A stretch of DNA of 61,629 nt, filler included, from Choristocarpus tenellus KU-1152 (taxonomy: Eukaryota; Protista; Phaeophyceae), in assembly GCA_964200185.2 (NCBI GenBank). It is 9 parts of 9 records of this genome, joined end to end, with 100 filler letters (N's around TTAATTAATTAA, not from the genome) between each part and the next. Parts side by side here need not be neighbours in the genome. Positions count along the whole stretch, not along the records: positions 1 to 12,712 come from CAXNAD020001730.1; positions 12,813 to 30,457 come from CAXNAD020000641.1; 7 more parts are not named here. One strand, 5' to 3'. Below are positions 1 to 12,999 of the stretch, piece after piece (the stretch's first letter is position 1; each line of letters opens with the position of its first letter). The notes under the pieces are model-generated. The model was not told the origin of the DNA and made no database searches. It was given only the letters and a program-made list of their open reading frames with translations. The position numbers and the translations under genes were made by a program.

Positions 1-35
1 GGACCCCTCCCCCCCCCCCCCAGATACTTTGACCC
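1..35. mobile_element. Right end of poly-G/C MITE (family B)
   Basis: poly-C + CAGATACTTTGACCC, the same terminus as at 12969, 39252 and 40862. Confidence 0.75.
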
Positions 36-550
36 CGGTACCACGGTATAACGGTATATGGCATACTGCAATAACGGTATAATAACATACAAACATGCTT
101 TCCACACATCATATGGACTCAATTCAACACAATAATCTCATATACACAAAATAAGGTACACCTCACTATTGTCCTATTTTGCACATGTTCAACGGTGCCA
201 GATACATGAACCCATTGTGATGAAAACGAAAAAGGTTTGGGCATAGATGGATATCTGCACAAAGAACTGTTGAACCAAGTTTCATTATTATTAGACGAGT
301 TTGGTTGAGTTAATGGCGAAGAATAATGCTTAGTGACACGCGTGCAGGCAATAAACGATGCCTGCGGAGCAAGAGGTGCGACTGTTGTCAACCTCTGATG
401 CTTGCCGCTCTCTATGATGATGTCAACAACACCATGGCTGTTCCCAAGTGGGCAGGAGTCAAATCCACCTGGGCACCCCTAGGGACGAGGAGAATAATGG
501 TCCAGTGTTGACTGTCTATCATCACGAACATGACCCCCACGACCCCTTCC

Positions 551-1531
551 TCAACGATGCAGGTGCGGCCGACGAGTACCCCTCGGATTGTCCAGGCACG
601 ACTGGGTTGTATGACCCTCACGAGTCACCGCCTGACAATTTGGGTACTGGCACACACTACTTTGGTGTTGATCAATGATGCACTGGAGTGTTGATGGTAA
701 CACTGCGTACTGTGACGTGTCCAGGGGTCGTGGTGCTCTGTCAATTGCACTGGCTGTGGGAGGTGGACTTGTCAACGACCGAGCTGGGGACCTGTTGAGG
801 GTTGCCTCCCCCACTCGGTGACGTTCCACCTCCATACGGAGCCGTTGACATTCACATTGCAACTGGACGAAATCTGCCAGAGGGACCTGTCCACGACAAG
901 GGTTGAGATTCACAGCACTAGTGTAAGGTGTTGGGGTGGGATTACTATAAGACAGATTGTTGGCTTCATGCTGTTTGGCACGGTCGCGAGCCTGGGCAAA
1001 CGTGGTGGCTGGTTCATCCTGAATCTGCTCAAGACGAATCGTAGGGAGTAAGCTGTCTTCCATCAGGGTTATTTTCAGTTGCTCCACAAGTAAAGTTGTC
1101 GTGTTGACCAAATCTGAGGATGATTTAGTATGACAAAAATCATCTAAAAAACGATTCATTGCTGTTGTGCAACGTGAAGTATATTTGTCGACAGATTCAT
1201 TCTCTCCCTGTTTCAACGACGTTAGTCTACGGGCTGATACACTTACATCATGGGCGGGGGTAAATGCGGTGATCAAGGCTTTCTGGACATCATCCCACGT
1301 CTTTGGAGGTGTAATGGGGACAGGGGTGTCACGAGACGATTGCAATTGAGTCAAATCACTTCTTGAACGCCACTCTATTATACCTGCAAACACCTGGAAA
1401 TAGAATGTTTCAGCAGGTCCTTGAAGAACTTTCGGTAAAAATTCTACACACCGAGCATCAACTGTCTCCGTGAATGCTGGACCGTAGTGACTAGAATGCA
1501 GGGATATTGCCACATACCATTCAGAGCACAC
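551..1531 (-). mobile_element. Ty3/gypsy-like retrotransposon gag remnant
   Basis: 326-aa ORF with Retrotrans_gag-like TWDDVQKALITAF...ARRLTSLKQGENESVDKY and a C-terminal knuckle-like CQYPNC...GHTTQSC. Confidence 0.75.
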
Positions 1532-1999
1532 CTTTCTATCTCATCTACCATCTCGCCTCTTTAACGTTTTTTTTTTTGCTATTATACTCATTCGATGGGT
1601 CTAGTTGGAATAGTTATTTGGGCCCATCGTGGAACCACAGAACACTCTTCTTCATGGTGATACATTTGTGACAGTGACTTCAATTGTCCCCACTATCTTT
1701 GATGTATGAGTCGAGTTGGAGAAGGCAGTGGAACCCTGCGTGGCTTCAAAGCCATCACCCCTAGGAACGTGGAACCAAAAAATATATATGGCAAGTGTGA
1801 TGTTATTTTATTTTGTGAACATCTTTAATAAAGGAAGAAATATTGTCTAGTACCCTGAAGCTGAGAATCAATAGGCCACATGGTTTAAGTGGAATCGAGT
1901 TCTGGCTACTTGTCTAGTCCCACGACGAAAACTCTCTCAGGATTCCAAAGAATGACCATGGCGAGATTACATTTTGGTGGAGTTGGAGGCTCTAGATAT

Positions 2000-2900
2000 T
2001 GTGGAGGAGGACCACAGAGCACACGAGACAGATAATAGTCCAGTGCTGGTGGAACCAAGCTCATGTCAACATACTGCCCATTTTGAGCGGGGGTAACCCT
2101 TCCATAAATGACACAGGGGCTCGTAGGAGGTTCCCTTGCAATGTGTGGAGGTGTTCAGCTGGTGGTGGTATATTGGAACACATGGTCAGAGAGGACATGG
2201 AGGAAGCAGTACACCGAGGGCGTAAATTATCGTCACATTGGTCCTTCACCCCTGCTCACTTAGGTAGGATGACTTTGAACGAAAGTATCTTAGAGGGTAC
2301 GATTTCTGCCCTGTTTGTCCATTTGGAGCTTGACTTCCCACAGGTTTTTAATTACATTTTACCTACTCCAAGATGTTCCGGAGTAGGTAAAATGTATCCA
2401 TTATGAAATGGTGTGGGCGGAACAAGGGTATTGACATCTTCTAACAAACATAATAGCCAAAATTACATCAAAATTGCAAAATTGGATTTTGGCCCCCAAA
2501 TGGACGCGACTCTACCCTCTAAGATACTTTGACTCTTTATTGTTTGAACGGAGTCAGTATCCCTCCCTCCGTGGATGGATTTAATTTCCTAGCCTTCAGA
2601 GTAGCTATTTAACCGTCTGGATCTGTCGAAGGATGCTACTCTTGTCACCGTTGTTGGTTCACATTCTGAACTTCGGGAATGGGTCAGGTCTAGTATATGA
2701 GTCACTGGCGTGGACCGAGGTCCCTCCTCTCTCTTCCTTGACAACAGTGGGCTCTGGTCAGATATGGAACACTGTCCAACGACACCTTGAGGCTGAAAAT
2801 CGCGATCAATCAACCAGGAGGCATGTGCTTCTTTGTTCAGCGTCAAACTGCGTCCAGAGAAGCAGTTATGTACAGGCATGCACATAGGTGGGAACACCAG
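2000..2900 (+). pseudogene. Decayed Ty1/copia pol fragments (RT start, RNase H), interrupted by a MITE
   Basis: GRKLSSHWSF resembles the copia RT GRKxxxxxWVF motif; GPSSLFLDNSG resembles copia RNase H PxxLxxDNxxA; many stops and frameshifts. Confidence 0.45.
2277..2535 (+). mobile_element. ~260-bp MITE, family A, copy 1
   Basis: TIR AAAGTATCTTAGAGGGTA...TACCCTCTAAGATACTTT; flanked by TTT/TTT; internal hairpin CATTTTACCTACTCC..GGAGTAGGTAAAATG. Confidence 0.9.
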
Positions 2901-5184
2901 GAATGGGAGTGAGGCAGTTTCATATCCTCTTTGGTTTGGGGGAGTTCAAGGCTTACCTTGAGTAAAAGACATGACCCCTTTGTTGGTGGGTCTTACTCAG
3001 GATGTCACGGAGGAAAACGTTTAATTAATAACTCCACCCTGTACCAATCTAGCTTCAAATCATCACGACGTTCAGGAGAACCACAGCTGAAAGGGTTTTG
3101 GCAGGAAAGATTAACAACTACGATTGATTCTATTGTCCTACTACCTATGCTGCCCTTTGGTTTGTGTTCACTCTTTTGGCTCTCTCTCTGCAGGTGCTTC
3201 TCGTCTTGTTGTGGGAGGGTTTTGTGTTGATTTGGATGTGGGGACTCACCTAATATATCTGTATATACCCAGTGATCTAGTTAGTAGATTGCAAAAGTCA
3301 ATCAATCTTTTTTAACACAAAATGTGTTATCCGTAAATGACTGTTATTCCTGCAGTAGGTGTAGGTTTGTTTCTCCCATAGATATTGGTCGTCGCAAGTC
3401 CCTGACTGTTTTGTTTCCCACCTACTTGTGAAAGGTATGATGAATCATTGTAGTTTGCTTTTGTGTCTATCCTGACTTTAAAATTGTCCCGTTTCGATAC
3501 TATTGGGTGGGATTGTTTAGTTAAAGAGAGGAAACTCATTGGTGGATATTGAAATAAAGACGAGATACAAATAAAGTAATTTGTAAAAAACACTGTAATT
3601 GGTTATTTGTTTTTCTCTACTTTTGTCCAGGGACTAGGACGCTCCACGATTAAAGGCACTACATGCTACACTTCTACGTCTCATACACCCCATTCAGTTG
3701 CATTGGCTCATCATGGTCATTCATTGCTTCTGTCGTATTGGATTCAGCCACCCCACCGCTTGTCACTCCCCCTCGTCCACTGAGTCTCGTTCAGTCCTTG
3801 CCTCAGTATTTCTCACAATGAAGGCTTGCCACCTCACTTCAGTTTTCCCATGTTATTACTATGATACTGTGTAACAAATGAATAAATGTTACAAAGCGGT
3901 CCCCACAGTTTACCATGATGGGATATATGGCTCCAATCCACAAGTCTGTAGGCTGATGACAAGGGTTGTAACTGGAACCATAATGTAAATATAATTGAAT
4001 ATGCCCGATCTCTCGCTTTGATTATCAACTTCATGACTTGAGATTGAGGTATAAGGGAAGAACTGAGACAAAGGGTCAATGAATGGTCTCACAATGACTA
4101 AAATATAAATAGTCGAGAATCACAACCATATAAAACCTAGGACTTCAAGCTCATTAATGGCGTTTATGAAACACAATAATAACCCATCGCCTGTGACATA
4201 CCCCCTCAGCATGAAGCATAACTGCTGTAGTTACCAACCTTCAACGGACCATTTGTTAGTTTTCGAATCGATTATATTTTTCTATAGGTATGTTTTGCAT
4301 TGATGTCAACCAACTGTTATCTTTCAGCAGCCATAATAGCGGTCCTTTTCGTACAATTTTGGTTTTGCCTTGACACATCAGCAAAGTGTTAGAAGCATAA
4401 TGTTACAAGAGAACAATGGGATTAGAAACGAAATAATATTCCGATTGCTTCCACATAAAGGAAGAAGGGTTACACGCCCAACAATAATTTGCTATAATCA
4501 TAACTGATTTAGCGTCGATCTCTGACTTTGTACCAGTTCCAGTTGTTTTGACCCCATGGATGGCGATGAAAAACTCACCTATGTCTGAACTACCCATTTT
4601 TACTTTTGTTTCATATATTATATATATCAATATATAGTGTATGAATTCAATTAGTTAACCACGCTTTCGAACACAGTAGGAGGAGCAGTGGTAGTTGGTA
4701 GGTGGTTTTATAATATTATCCACAAAGAGTGTTGTGCGCTGATTGTGGGAATTGAACCTTTACGAGGTGAATTTTTTTACGTGGAATACAATTCTCACTA
4801 CTATCCCTCAAACTGATCCTCGTACACAACACCACCTTTTCTCTACTACATTACCTTTTTTTGTTTTATAATGCTAAGAAACCACTACATACTTACTCTG
4901 AGTATAGTTAGGGTATGATCCTTTCAGTAAAGGCGTCAGTCCATACGGACGGCTGTTGCTCGCGCGTTTGGAACTTTGCTTTTGAGCCGAACCCCTGTAA
5001 ACCCTGTCCTCTCTACACCTTCCGCATTTCTGTTCATTGTTGCGTTGGTTGGTCGTGCCAGCTTATTGGGGGAATCGTGCACCGAGATCAGACTGATCAC
5101 GCCAAAGGGCGAGTTGCTCTTCTAATATTATATCTCCAAGTCCTTCTAAGAGGTCTTGCCGATTCTTCATTTTTCTTGGATAAG

Positions 5185-8100
5185 ATGGCTTCAGGAACAG
5201 CGACTGTGAAGGCGGTGGTGTCTGGTGACACAGTATCCCTTGTTGGTGAGTTTCCGTTTTGAAGACCGATGCATGAACCTCCTTGACTTTTTGCGTTTGA
5301 GGCTCTTCCTACCTCGAATCTGCCTGAAAATCTCTCCGTTGCTAGCACCTGCTATAACTTGTACGGCTCATGGACGACACAGCCTCCATCGCTTATCCCG
5401 CCCCTATCACGGAACCTCAGGCCATGCCACCAATGGACCCCCTCCTGAGATGCAGTTGACTCTATCTTCACTGCAGGCTCCCAAGCTTGGTCGCGTCCCT
5501 GGTGTGGCTGACGAGCCTTTTGCCTTCGACAGCCGCGAGTTCCTGCGTAAAATGTGCATCGGCAAGCAGGTTTGTTTTGTCTGCAGCAATCAAGGCTATT
5601 AAATGTTATTAAGCAAGAGTGAGAGAGAGAGTGAGAGAGATGATGGATATTTAACTAGTGGATCTCGATACTTCTTCCACATTCGTTCTTCTCATTTTTT
5701 AACACGTGTCCATTAAGTCATAGCCGTGGCTTCCCATGGAACGAGATTGATGAAGGGATAACCCTCTGTACTCGACCCCTTGAGTGTATTAGCGCACTTT
5801 GACCGCTCCCGTCGTGTCCTAGTACCCAAGAAGCATGAGTTACGTGTCTGCCTGAGGTGTGAGTTTGATATCTGTCGCAAAAGGCAGTTGGAGCAGATAC
5901 CGCCAACGAAGTAGATACCTTATCACCTGCTGCAGAAGCGACCTTCTTGCGCAGTGCTTCTGGGTGACTGTTCGGCTTAGCAAGTATCAGACACTCTGCG
6001 CGTTCCGTATGTAGCCTGTTGCAACCGCTTGATGCTGGATTACCCTGTAATAGTTGCTTTCAAGGTGTTTGCTTCCTTGCTTGCCGCGTTCGCTACTCCC
6101 CCATCACCATCACGATCCGGACGCCTGCTGGATGACTGCCGGTGACATGAAGGTATGTATATATTTTTTCGCTAGAAACTGGCGCAAGTGGGTAGAGTAG
6201 GGACCAATGATCGTCCATGCACCACAGTTTCAACAGTTAGTTGTGTTTGAGGCAAAAAACAAGTTTTAACATGGGAATTGGAAGACGAAACAAGGACCAC
6301 GCTGGCACTCTAGATTAGAGGATTCCAAACCCGGTTTTAATCTTTGATATTAAGGGAATGAGGTATAATGGGACATGATTGCTCTGGATCTTTCAGGAGT
6401 GTTATTGTGTTGAACCGAAATTACTTTATACTGATTAGAAACATGACACTCTTATCACTATGTATATGCATTATATCCATCTCCTGCAATATCTCCGCAT
6501 GTACAGGATGAATTACAGGTAGATTGTGATCCCAACACTCGGACTGCTCAAATGCACGTACACCAATTTTTACTCACATGATGTACATCCTTTCTCACTT
6601 ATTGGGGCATTCTACTGGTCGGCAAAAATGCTACACAATCACCATTCAGTATGGTGACACCTACACTATTTGTTGTTGACCTTTCCTGCTGGTGGGACGG
6701 TGCAGGTGACATTCAAGGTGGAGTCCCAGGCAGGTTCTAGTGGGCGCAACTTTGGGTGGGTCAAATTGGATGGGGAAAGCCTTGCTGCAGCAGTGGCTAG
6801 GGAGGGGTGGGCTCGAGTCAAGAAGTCAGAGCAAGGACGTGATAGCCAGAGTGCTGAGTTGGAAGAGCTGGTGAGGGTAATCCAAATGTATGTATTGCCC
6901 TGACTCTGTTTCTCCTAGTTCCTCCCTGAGAGTAGAGATGTCCATTGCATCTCTCCAGACCTCTGTTGAAAGTGAGAAATTCTAGATTACTACTTTGAAA
7001 ATCATGTGTATGAATCTTCAAAGTGTCCAAGGTTGATTTTTGTGATGAAGTTCCTGTGTAACTATTGCCGTATGTTACTTTTTACTCTGCTGGGCACACT
7101 AGCATTGAATTCCTCTCCTTTGGATGCCTATTCACCCTTTGCCTGCCCACCTATTGATACACAGACTAAGCTAGGCCAAGCAGCAGAGACAGGCAAGAAG
7201 GGCATCTTTACTGATGATGCTGCCAAGAAGAAGCAGGGGGTGAGTGAGTGTGTAGGAGAGACCAAGGTCTTGAGGGTGTGGGTCCAATGACCTTCTGAAA
7301 GCATACTGTGGCTTCCATGCTCTCTGTCCTCTTGAGTCACTCCCCAGTCATAGGGAGAGTGTTTGAAAATGTTAGTGTAGTTGTTTAGATGTGCAAATAG
7401 CCCTTGCTATTAGCTGATTCCTTACTCTAGCTGCGTAGTTGTCTTCTTGAACGGAGCATGTTTGTACAAGCATACCATTATTTTTTGGTGCATGTAGGGC
7501 TGATGTGTTCTCCCCCTGTCCTTTGCTCCTTGCTGCATGACACTGCACTCTATTTGGCAGGCCCAACAGATCAAATGGTCAGATGTGGATGCGGAAGCAG
7601 TACTGGGTGAGCACAAGGGAGTGCCCACAAAGGCTACCATTGAGTATGTGAGGGATGGGTCGAGCCTCAGGTGAGGTTGTTGGTATGCTCACCTTGCAGA
7701 AGCAGTGCACTGGGTGCTGTTACCGGATATCATTTGAGAAATAGGCTTGGTATGCTTGGACAGACCCTTGGAATTTACTACACCTGTTTTTTTGCTTTCT
7801 TGTGTTTGGATTGGTCAGAAAATGTTGTGTGATCCAGGTTTGTCTTCAGGCAGTCTTGGAGTGTGGGCATGTACTGAGGAAAGAGGGTCAGAGGTAGATG
7901 CACAGTCCTCTTAGCTGAGTAGAATACTGTGTACTGAACACCGAATATCTCCAACTTTTGGCCTTAATCTGTAGTCCTAATGGATGAGCTAGGTTGATGG
8001 TGGTAAGCTTAGTGGACCTTGTAAAGGAGTGTCTCATTTATTTGATCATCAATTCTTCCAGGAACCCACCTTGGTGTACTATTAATAGTGTGGTGGTATA

Positions 8101-9648
8101 TCCTAGTGTGGTTTCATCTTTTTGTGAGTTACTCTATTGTGTGAGAGTGCCTATGGTACTCAACGAAACATACTGTATTGTGTAAATAGTATGTGGAATT
8201 AGTGTATTGATGTGCGTTAACGCCTGAATTTTTAGGGAAAAATGTTTACTTCACTGCGTTGTTACAGACAACAGACAATAGCTGTAATCTGAGCAAGTCC
8301 GATGATATTCTGCATGTTCAAACTGATTCGTGAGTAGGAGCAATCCATTTTCTGATTTGGTTTTGATGGTGTTCAAACTGAAGAAGTCCTTGTGACATAG
8401 ATATGTTGGTTAGGTTGGACGACCAGACTTGTCAAAAAAACGTTTTGTAAGTGAAAATGGGAAGAGATTTAATTTGATTTTTCTGAGGCAGTGTGCACTT
8501 TGATTCTGATGACTGTAGTGTAGTCATACCGTGTTGGGGGTGTACTTACTGCAACCTTGCAGTCTGGTGGTGCGCTTACTCTAAGAATAAAAAAGTACTA
8601 ATGCTGTGACTATGTTGTAATCTACTATGAATTTTTTGTTTTTATGCCTGCTGACACATTTTCAGATTATTACCACTCTTGTTTTGCACTATAATAAAAA
8701 AAATTCCATTGCGGGTAGCAACTACTAACGATTACTATATTTGTTATTTGCAGTAGTAGTAGCAGTAGGAGCTTTGATCTTCAGCTGCAGTTGCCCTGGC
8801 GCTGTTGTACTATTTTTTGTATTTTTTTGATCACTGTTAAGTGTGGAGGGGTCATGACGTCGTCACTTGTTGTTTGCTGTGACTGTAAAAAGAGTTACAA
8901 CCGAACCTGTAAGTGTACTGTCATTAGCACATCTACAATCCTGTACCATAATGTGCTCTACTGTTAAGTGAAACCTCAACTGCTGTAACTGTACCTCAAA
9001 TGTTTTCCTTTACTTTTAACGTGTTTTTTTCTTCTTTCCAAAGCTCTCCGCGCTATTGGAAAAGGTTCCCGAATCCCCGAATGATCTATTGATAATGCCT
9101 CTTCTTGTGGGGTGTGATGTGATCAACATATTGTTCATTTTTCACTCCTGTTGCCTTATCATCTTACGAACAACTAGCAATACCCAACAACATACCCCCC
9201 ACCCAACAACACTCTTTCACCTGGTGTGCTCGTGATACCCTGCTCTTCACATTTTGTCTCACCTCTTGGATGGGTGCTACTGGTGCTCTCCTCTCAAAAA
9301 CAAGTCTGCTGCTCTTGCTACACCCCTCCCTCTTGTCTCTCCTGCCACAGGGCACTTCTCCACGACTCCATGGTTGTGATCAACTTTAACCTGGCAGGCG
9401 TAGTCTGTCCACGCATGAACGCTCCTGGCCGGCGCACCCCCTCTGCCCCCATCCCAGGCACCGCTGCCATGGCCCCAGCCTCTACTGGCGGCACTCCGGC
9501 AGCCCCTATGAAGTCTGCTGCTGATATCGTTTCTGGTGGCATGTCCAGGGTCAATGGGTCAGGATCAAATGGAGGCGTTGCTGCAGTATCCCCGCCGCCG
9601 CCACCTCAACCAGAGCCACACGCGGCTGAGGCGAGGCACTTTGTAGAG
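5185..9648 (+). CDS. SND1: Tudor staphylococcal nuclease (Tudor-SN/p100), 5' part covering SN1 and most of SN2; truncated by contig end
   Basis: In-phase GT-AG exons 5185-5245, 5421-5569, 6706-6870, 7165-7239, 7561-7670, 9351-9648 give MASGTATVKAVVSGDT..LSSLQAPKL..DEPFAFDSREFLRKMCIGKQVTFKVE..IEYVRDGSSLR..EPHAAEARHFVE. Confidence 0.95.
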
Positions 9649-9887
9649 GTGTGTAAAGGGCTTGTGAAGGTGTAATGGATTCCTCATGGACTTGTGAAGG
9701 AGTAGGTTTGTCGTGTTGTGTATTTTTGTTTGGGAGTTATGGGCTGGTTGTGCTGACAAGTTGAAGGGTCTCTGTCTTGTATGGTGCTTTTTAAGAACAT
9801 GAGAAGCGGGAAAGTTGAGTTACTATTTATGGGGAGGTTCTTGGTGGAGACTGTGTAATTTTTTAGATGCAAGGAGGTACATGCCAT

Positions 9888-10005
9888 CTATGTGTGTGTA
9901 TTATTTATGTGTGTGTATTATTTATGTGTGTGTATTATTTATGTGTGTGTATTATTTATGTGTGTGTATTATTTATGTGTGTGTATTATTTATGTGTGTG
10001 TATGT
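9888..10005. repeat. 17-bp minisatellite (TATTATTTATGTGTGTG)n
   Basis: About 6 direct tandem copies in the SND1 intron. Confidence 0.9.
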
Positions 10006-10147
10006 GCGGTGGTGGTTGATCTTTTGGCACTGATGTGAACAGTAACAATAACAATAGTAATAATTGTAGTAGTTGGTAGTAGAAATAACAGTAACGAGTG
10101 ATGCTCGTTTGAAGTTTTGATTAGTGATTGAGATCATAATAGAAATG

Positions 10148-10205
10148 TTTTATTTTATTTTATTTTATTTTATTTTATTTTATTTTATTTTATTTTATTT
10201 TATTT
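10148..10205. repeat. (TTTTA)n microsatellite
   Basis: Direct tandem repeat. Confidence 0.9.
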
Positions 10206-10355
10206 AGTGTGTGTGCCCTGTGACCTTCGGCTTATGAAGATTTAATAATTAAGAAGATCAACATTTGAAATCAATATCTCGTAGCGCATTGGCCCCTCAT
10301 GCACACTTGGATTTAATTGAACTGATGAAGTTGATATTCACACATCGGCCCCTTT

Positions 10356-10451
10356 CTATAAACATGCTATAAACATGCTATAAACATACTATAAACATGC
10401 TATAAACATGCTATAAACATGCTATAAACATGCTATAAACATGCTATAAAC
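10356..10451. repeat. 11-bp minisatellite (CTATAAACATG)n
   Basis: About 8-9 tandem copies. Confidence 0.9.
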
Positions 10452-11212
10452 ACATTTAATTGAGTCCTTAAACACTGTAACTGTAGTGCTCTGCTCACAC
10501 AGGCAGGCTTCAAAATGTAATTATTTAAAAGTTATTATTTAGCTCTCCACACGGTCAGAGGGAGGTCATACTTGTCAAGCGCGCCCTATTTTGGAACTGT
10601 ATCATTACCGAAGCATGAAACAACTTGAAGCCAGTGTAGTCAATGCCACTGGAACCATAATATACTGTACCCAATATTCCCACGTGTTTTTTTTTCAAGC
10701 TTAGCAAAAACTCTTGAATTTTGTTTTTCAATATTGATTTACTTGTGCGTTATTATGTGTAAATCTTTTCCGATAGTATTGAAATACACTCCATCTAGTA
10801 CATTGTCATATCAAGTAAACACTCTAAGGATGCATACACTGAAGCAATGATAGCAGTAGTGGCACTAATTGTAGCTTGGTTAGGTTTAGGGTTAGGGAGG
10901 AAAGGGCAATGAATTTATGTAGGATTGACTGGTCAATAGCATGTTTTTATTTCAAAATCCTGAAAAAACTGCATGGAAGTCTTTGTTGGTCTGAAACCAT
11001 CTGTCACAGAGTAAGATTAACTCAGTTGCTGTTACCTGTGAAGTAAAAATGGGATTCTCTCACGTCATACAACAAACACACTGATGTTGATATTATAATT
11101 AGTAGGTTATTATTATTATTATTATTGTTGTTAGATGTCACTGTTCATCAGGTGGTATGGTATGTCACTATCTTGATGCTAACTAGGCTAGTGATGAGTG
11201 CGGTATGTGGTG

Positions 11213-11289
11213 GGAAATGGAATGAAACTTATGAAATGGAATGAAACTTATGAAATGGAATGAAACTTATGAAATGGAATGAAACTTAT
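11213..11289. repeat. 19-bp minisatellite (GAAATGGAATGAAACTTAT)x4
   Basis: Four perfect tandem copies. Confidence 0.9.
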
Positions 11290-11515
11290 CCGCCTTGCAA
11301 CTGACGATCTTTGTCATAAGTGGAGCAGGGTGGAGGAGGTGGGATAAGTGGTCGTAGGTGGGGTAGGTTTAGAGACTGGAGGGTACACATGAAAATAACA
11401 GTACATCTCTTTGCTTTGTGTCTCTCACCACCCTTCGTGGAATTGTTTTACATATCAATCGGATTATATTGTTTTTACACATCATGTGGTGTCTAATTGC
11501 ACAGTGCATCAAACA

Positions 11516-11554
<39 letters not shown>

Positions 11555-12356
11555 GGTTAGGGATACGAAATGATTACTTGATATTTTGTAGTTGTGGATG
11601 TAAGGAAGGGTGGTGATTAGAGGTTGTCTGCCACTATCCAAGGGTTGGATAGTGTGCCGTGAGTCCAAACTAGGTGACCCTTGCTGGCGAGGCGCCTACA
11701 CAGAGTACTTTTTTTTTTTTTGGTAACATTTTCTTCTTTTCCTTTTTCCTGTCTGAAATGGGAAGTACTGGGGGGTGAAATGACTTTTTTGTTGTGCAGA
11801 AAACATTGGATAATTTAAATTAAAAATTAAAATTAACTTTTGGTTTGCCTTCCGTGCAACACAACACAGGTGCATGGTGTTCTCTATATATGTACTATTT
11901 GGAAGGGTTAGGGTTGTGTGGTGTGAGACAGCCTATCATATTCTTTTTTTATTGGTGTGTCGAAGAACGATGTAAGATGAATTTGAAATTACATCTTTTC
12001 CTCCCTGCTGGTGTGACACTATCCCCACGTATCATGAGACACTATTCTTATCATATGACACTATCTGTATCACACTCTCCTTATCACACTCTCCTTATCA
12101 CACTATCCTTATCATACGGCGAGGGAACCATTGTGGGGTGATGCTATCAGTTCCAGTTGATGTAATTCAAGGTGATATATTAACTTTTTGATGATTGTTT
12201 GACTATGTTACTGTACAGGCATGGCCTCTAGCCCGTGGTTTTCTCCACCCCTACTGCAATCTGCAATATACACCCCTCAATACTGACTTTACCAACCCTA
12301 GCCTTAAGCCTAGAGGCACTCACTGCCGTTGCGTGGACAATAATACCAGAGTGGAG

Positions 12357-12595
12357 TTGCCTATCAAGATACAGTGCTGTGCTGTGTGTATCCCTATATG
12401 TTTTTGTGTTCCCTTGATTATTATACCTTGATTATCATACCTTGGTTATCATACCTTGATTATCATACCTTGGTTATCATACCTTGATTATCATACCTTG
12501 ATTATCATACCTTGCCTATCAAGATACAGTGCCGTGCTGTGTGTATCCCTATATGTTTTTGTGTTCCCTTGATTATCATACCTTGACTATTATAC
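12357..12595. repeat. 14-bp array (CCTTGATTATCATA)n inside a ~60-bp direct duplication
   Basis: CTATCAAGATACAGTG...GTTCCCTTG occurs at ~12361 and ~12516, flanking the array. Confidence 0.85.
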
Positions 12596-12712
12596 CTCCC
12601 TTGGTCCTCCCCTGTTGTCCCTCTAATACCCCCATTACTGCAATACTGATTCACTTCCTCTTCCGCGTCATCTCATGGGGGAAACCCACTCATGGATTGG
12701 TACGGGGGGGGG

Positions 12713-12812
12713 NNNNNNNNNNNNNNNNNNNNNNNNNNNNNNNNNNNNNNNNNNNNTTAATTAATTAANNNNNNNNNNNNNNNNNNNNNNNNNNNNNNNN
12801 NNNNNNNNNNNN
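12713..12812. other. Artificial contig spacer N44-TTAATTAATTAA-N44
   Basis: Six-frame stop linker; identical spacers at 30458-30557, 33956-34055, 39125-39224, 43558-43657, 46543-46642, 53865-53964, 57864-57963. Confidence 0.97.
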
Positions 12813-12969
12813 AGGAGGGGGGGGTTGGTTTGTGAGGGGGCCAAACAACTTCTTTTTTTTTTGCTGGCATTTCAAATCCGACACGTGCGACCAAATCACA
12901 CCAAAAAAGTGAAAATCGAAAAAAGGGTGAAAAACGGATGCCAACACCACCCCCCAGATACTTTGACCC
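12813..12969. mobile_element. MITE family B, left end cut by gap
   Basis: Ends CCCCCCCAGATACTTTGACCC; begins with a poly-G remnant. Confidence 0.8.
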
Positions 12970-12999
12970 TTCGTTGTCAAACTGTCCAACGTTGTAAGA

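Noticed and set aside
3327-4630. Minus-strand gene divergent from SND1 (ATG 4597 followed by a GTGAGT donor); PAP2-like HQPTD
   Set aside because: Could not assemble an in-phase multi-exon ORF or a recognisable domain
12757-12768. TTAATTAATTAA recurring eight times
   Set aside because: Always centred in 100-bp N blocks; an artificial six-frame-stop linker, so no synteny can be inferred across it
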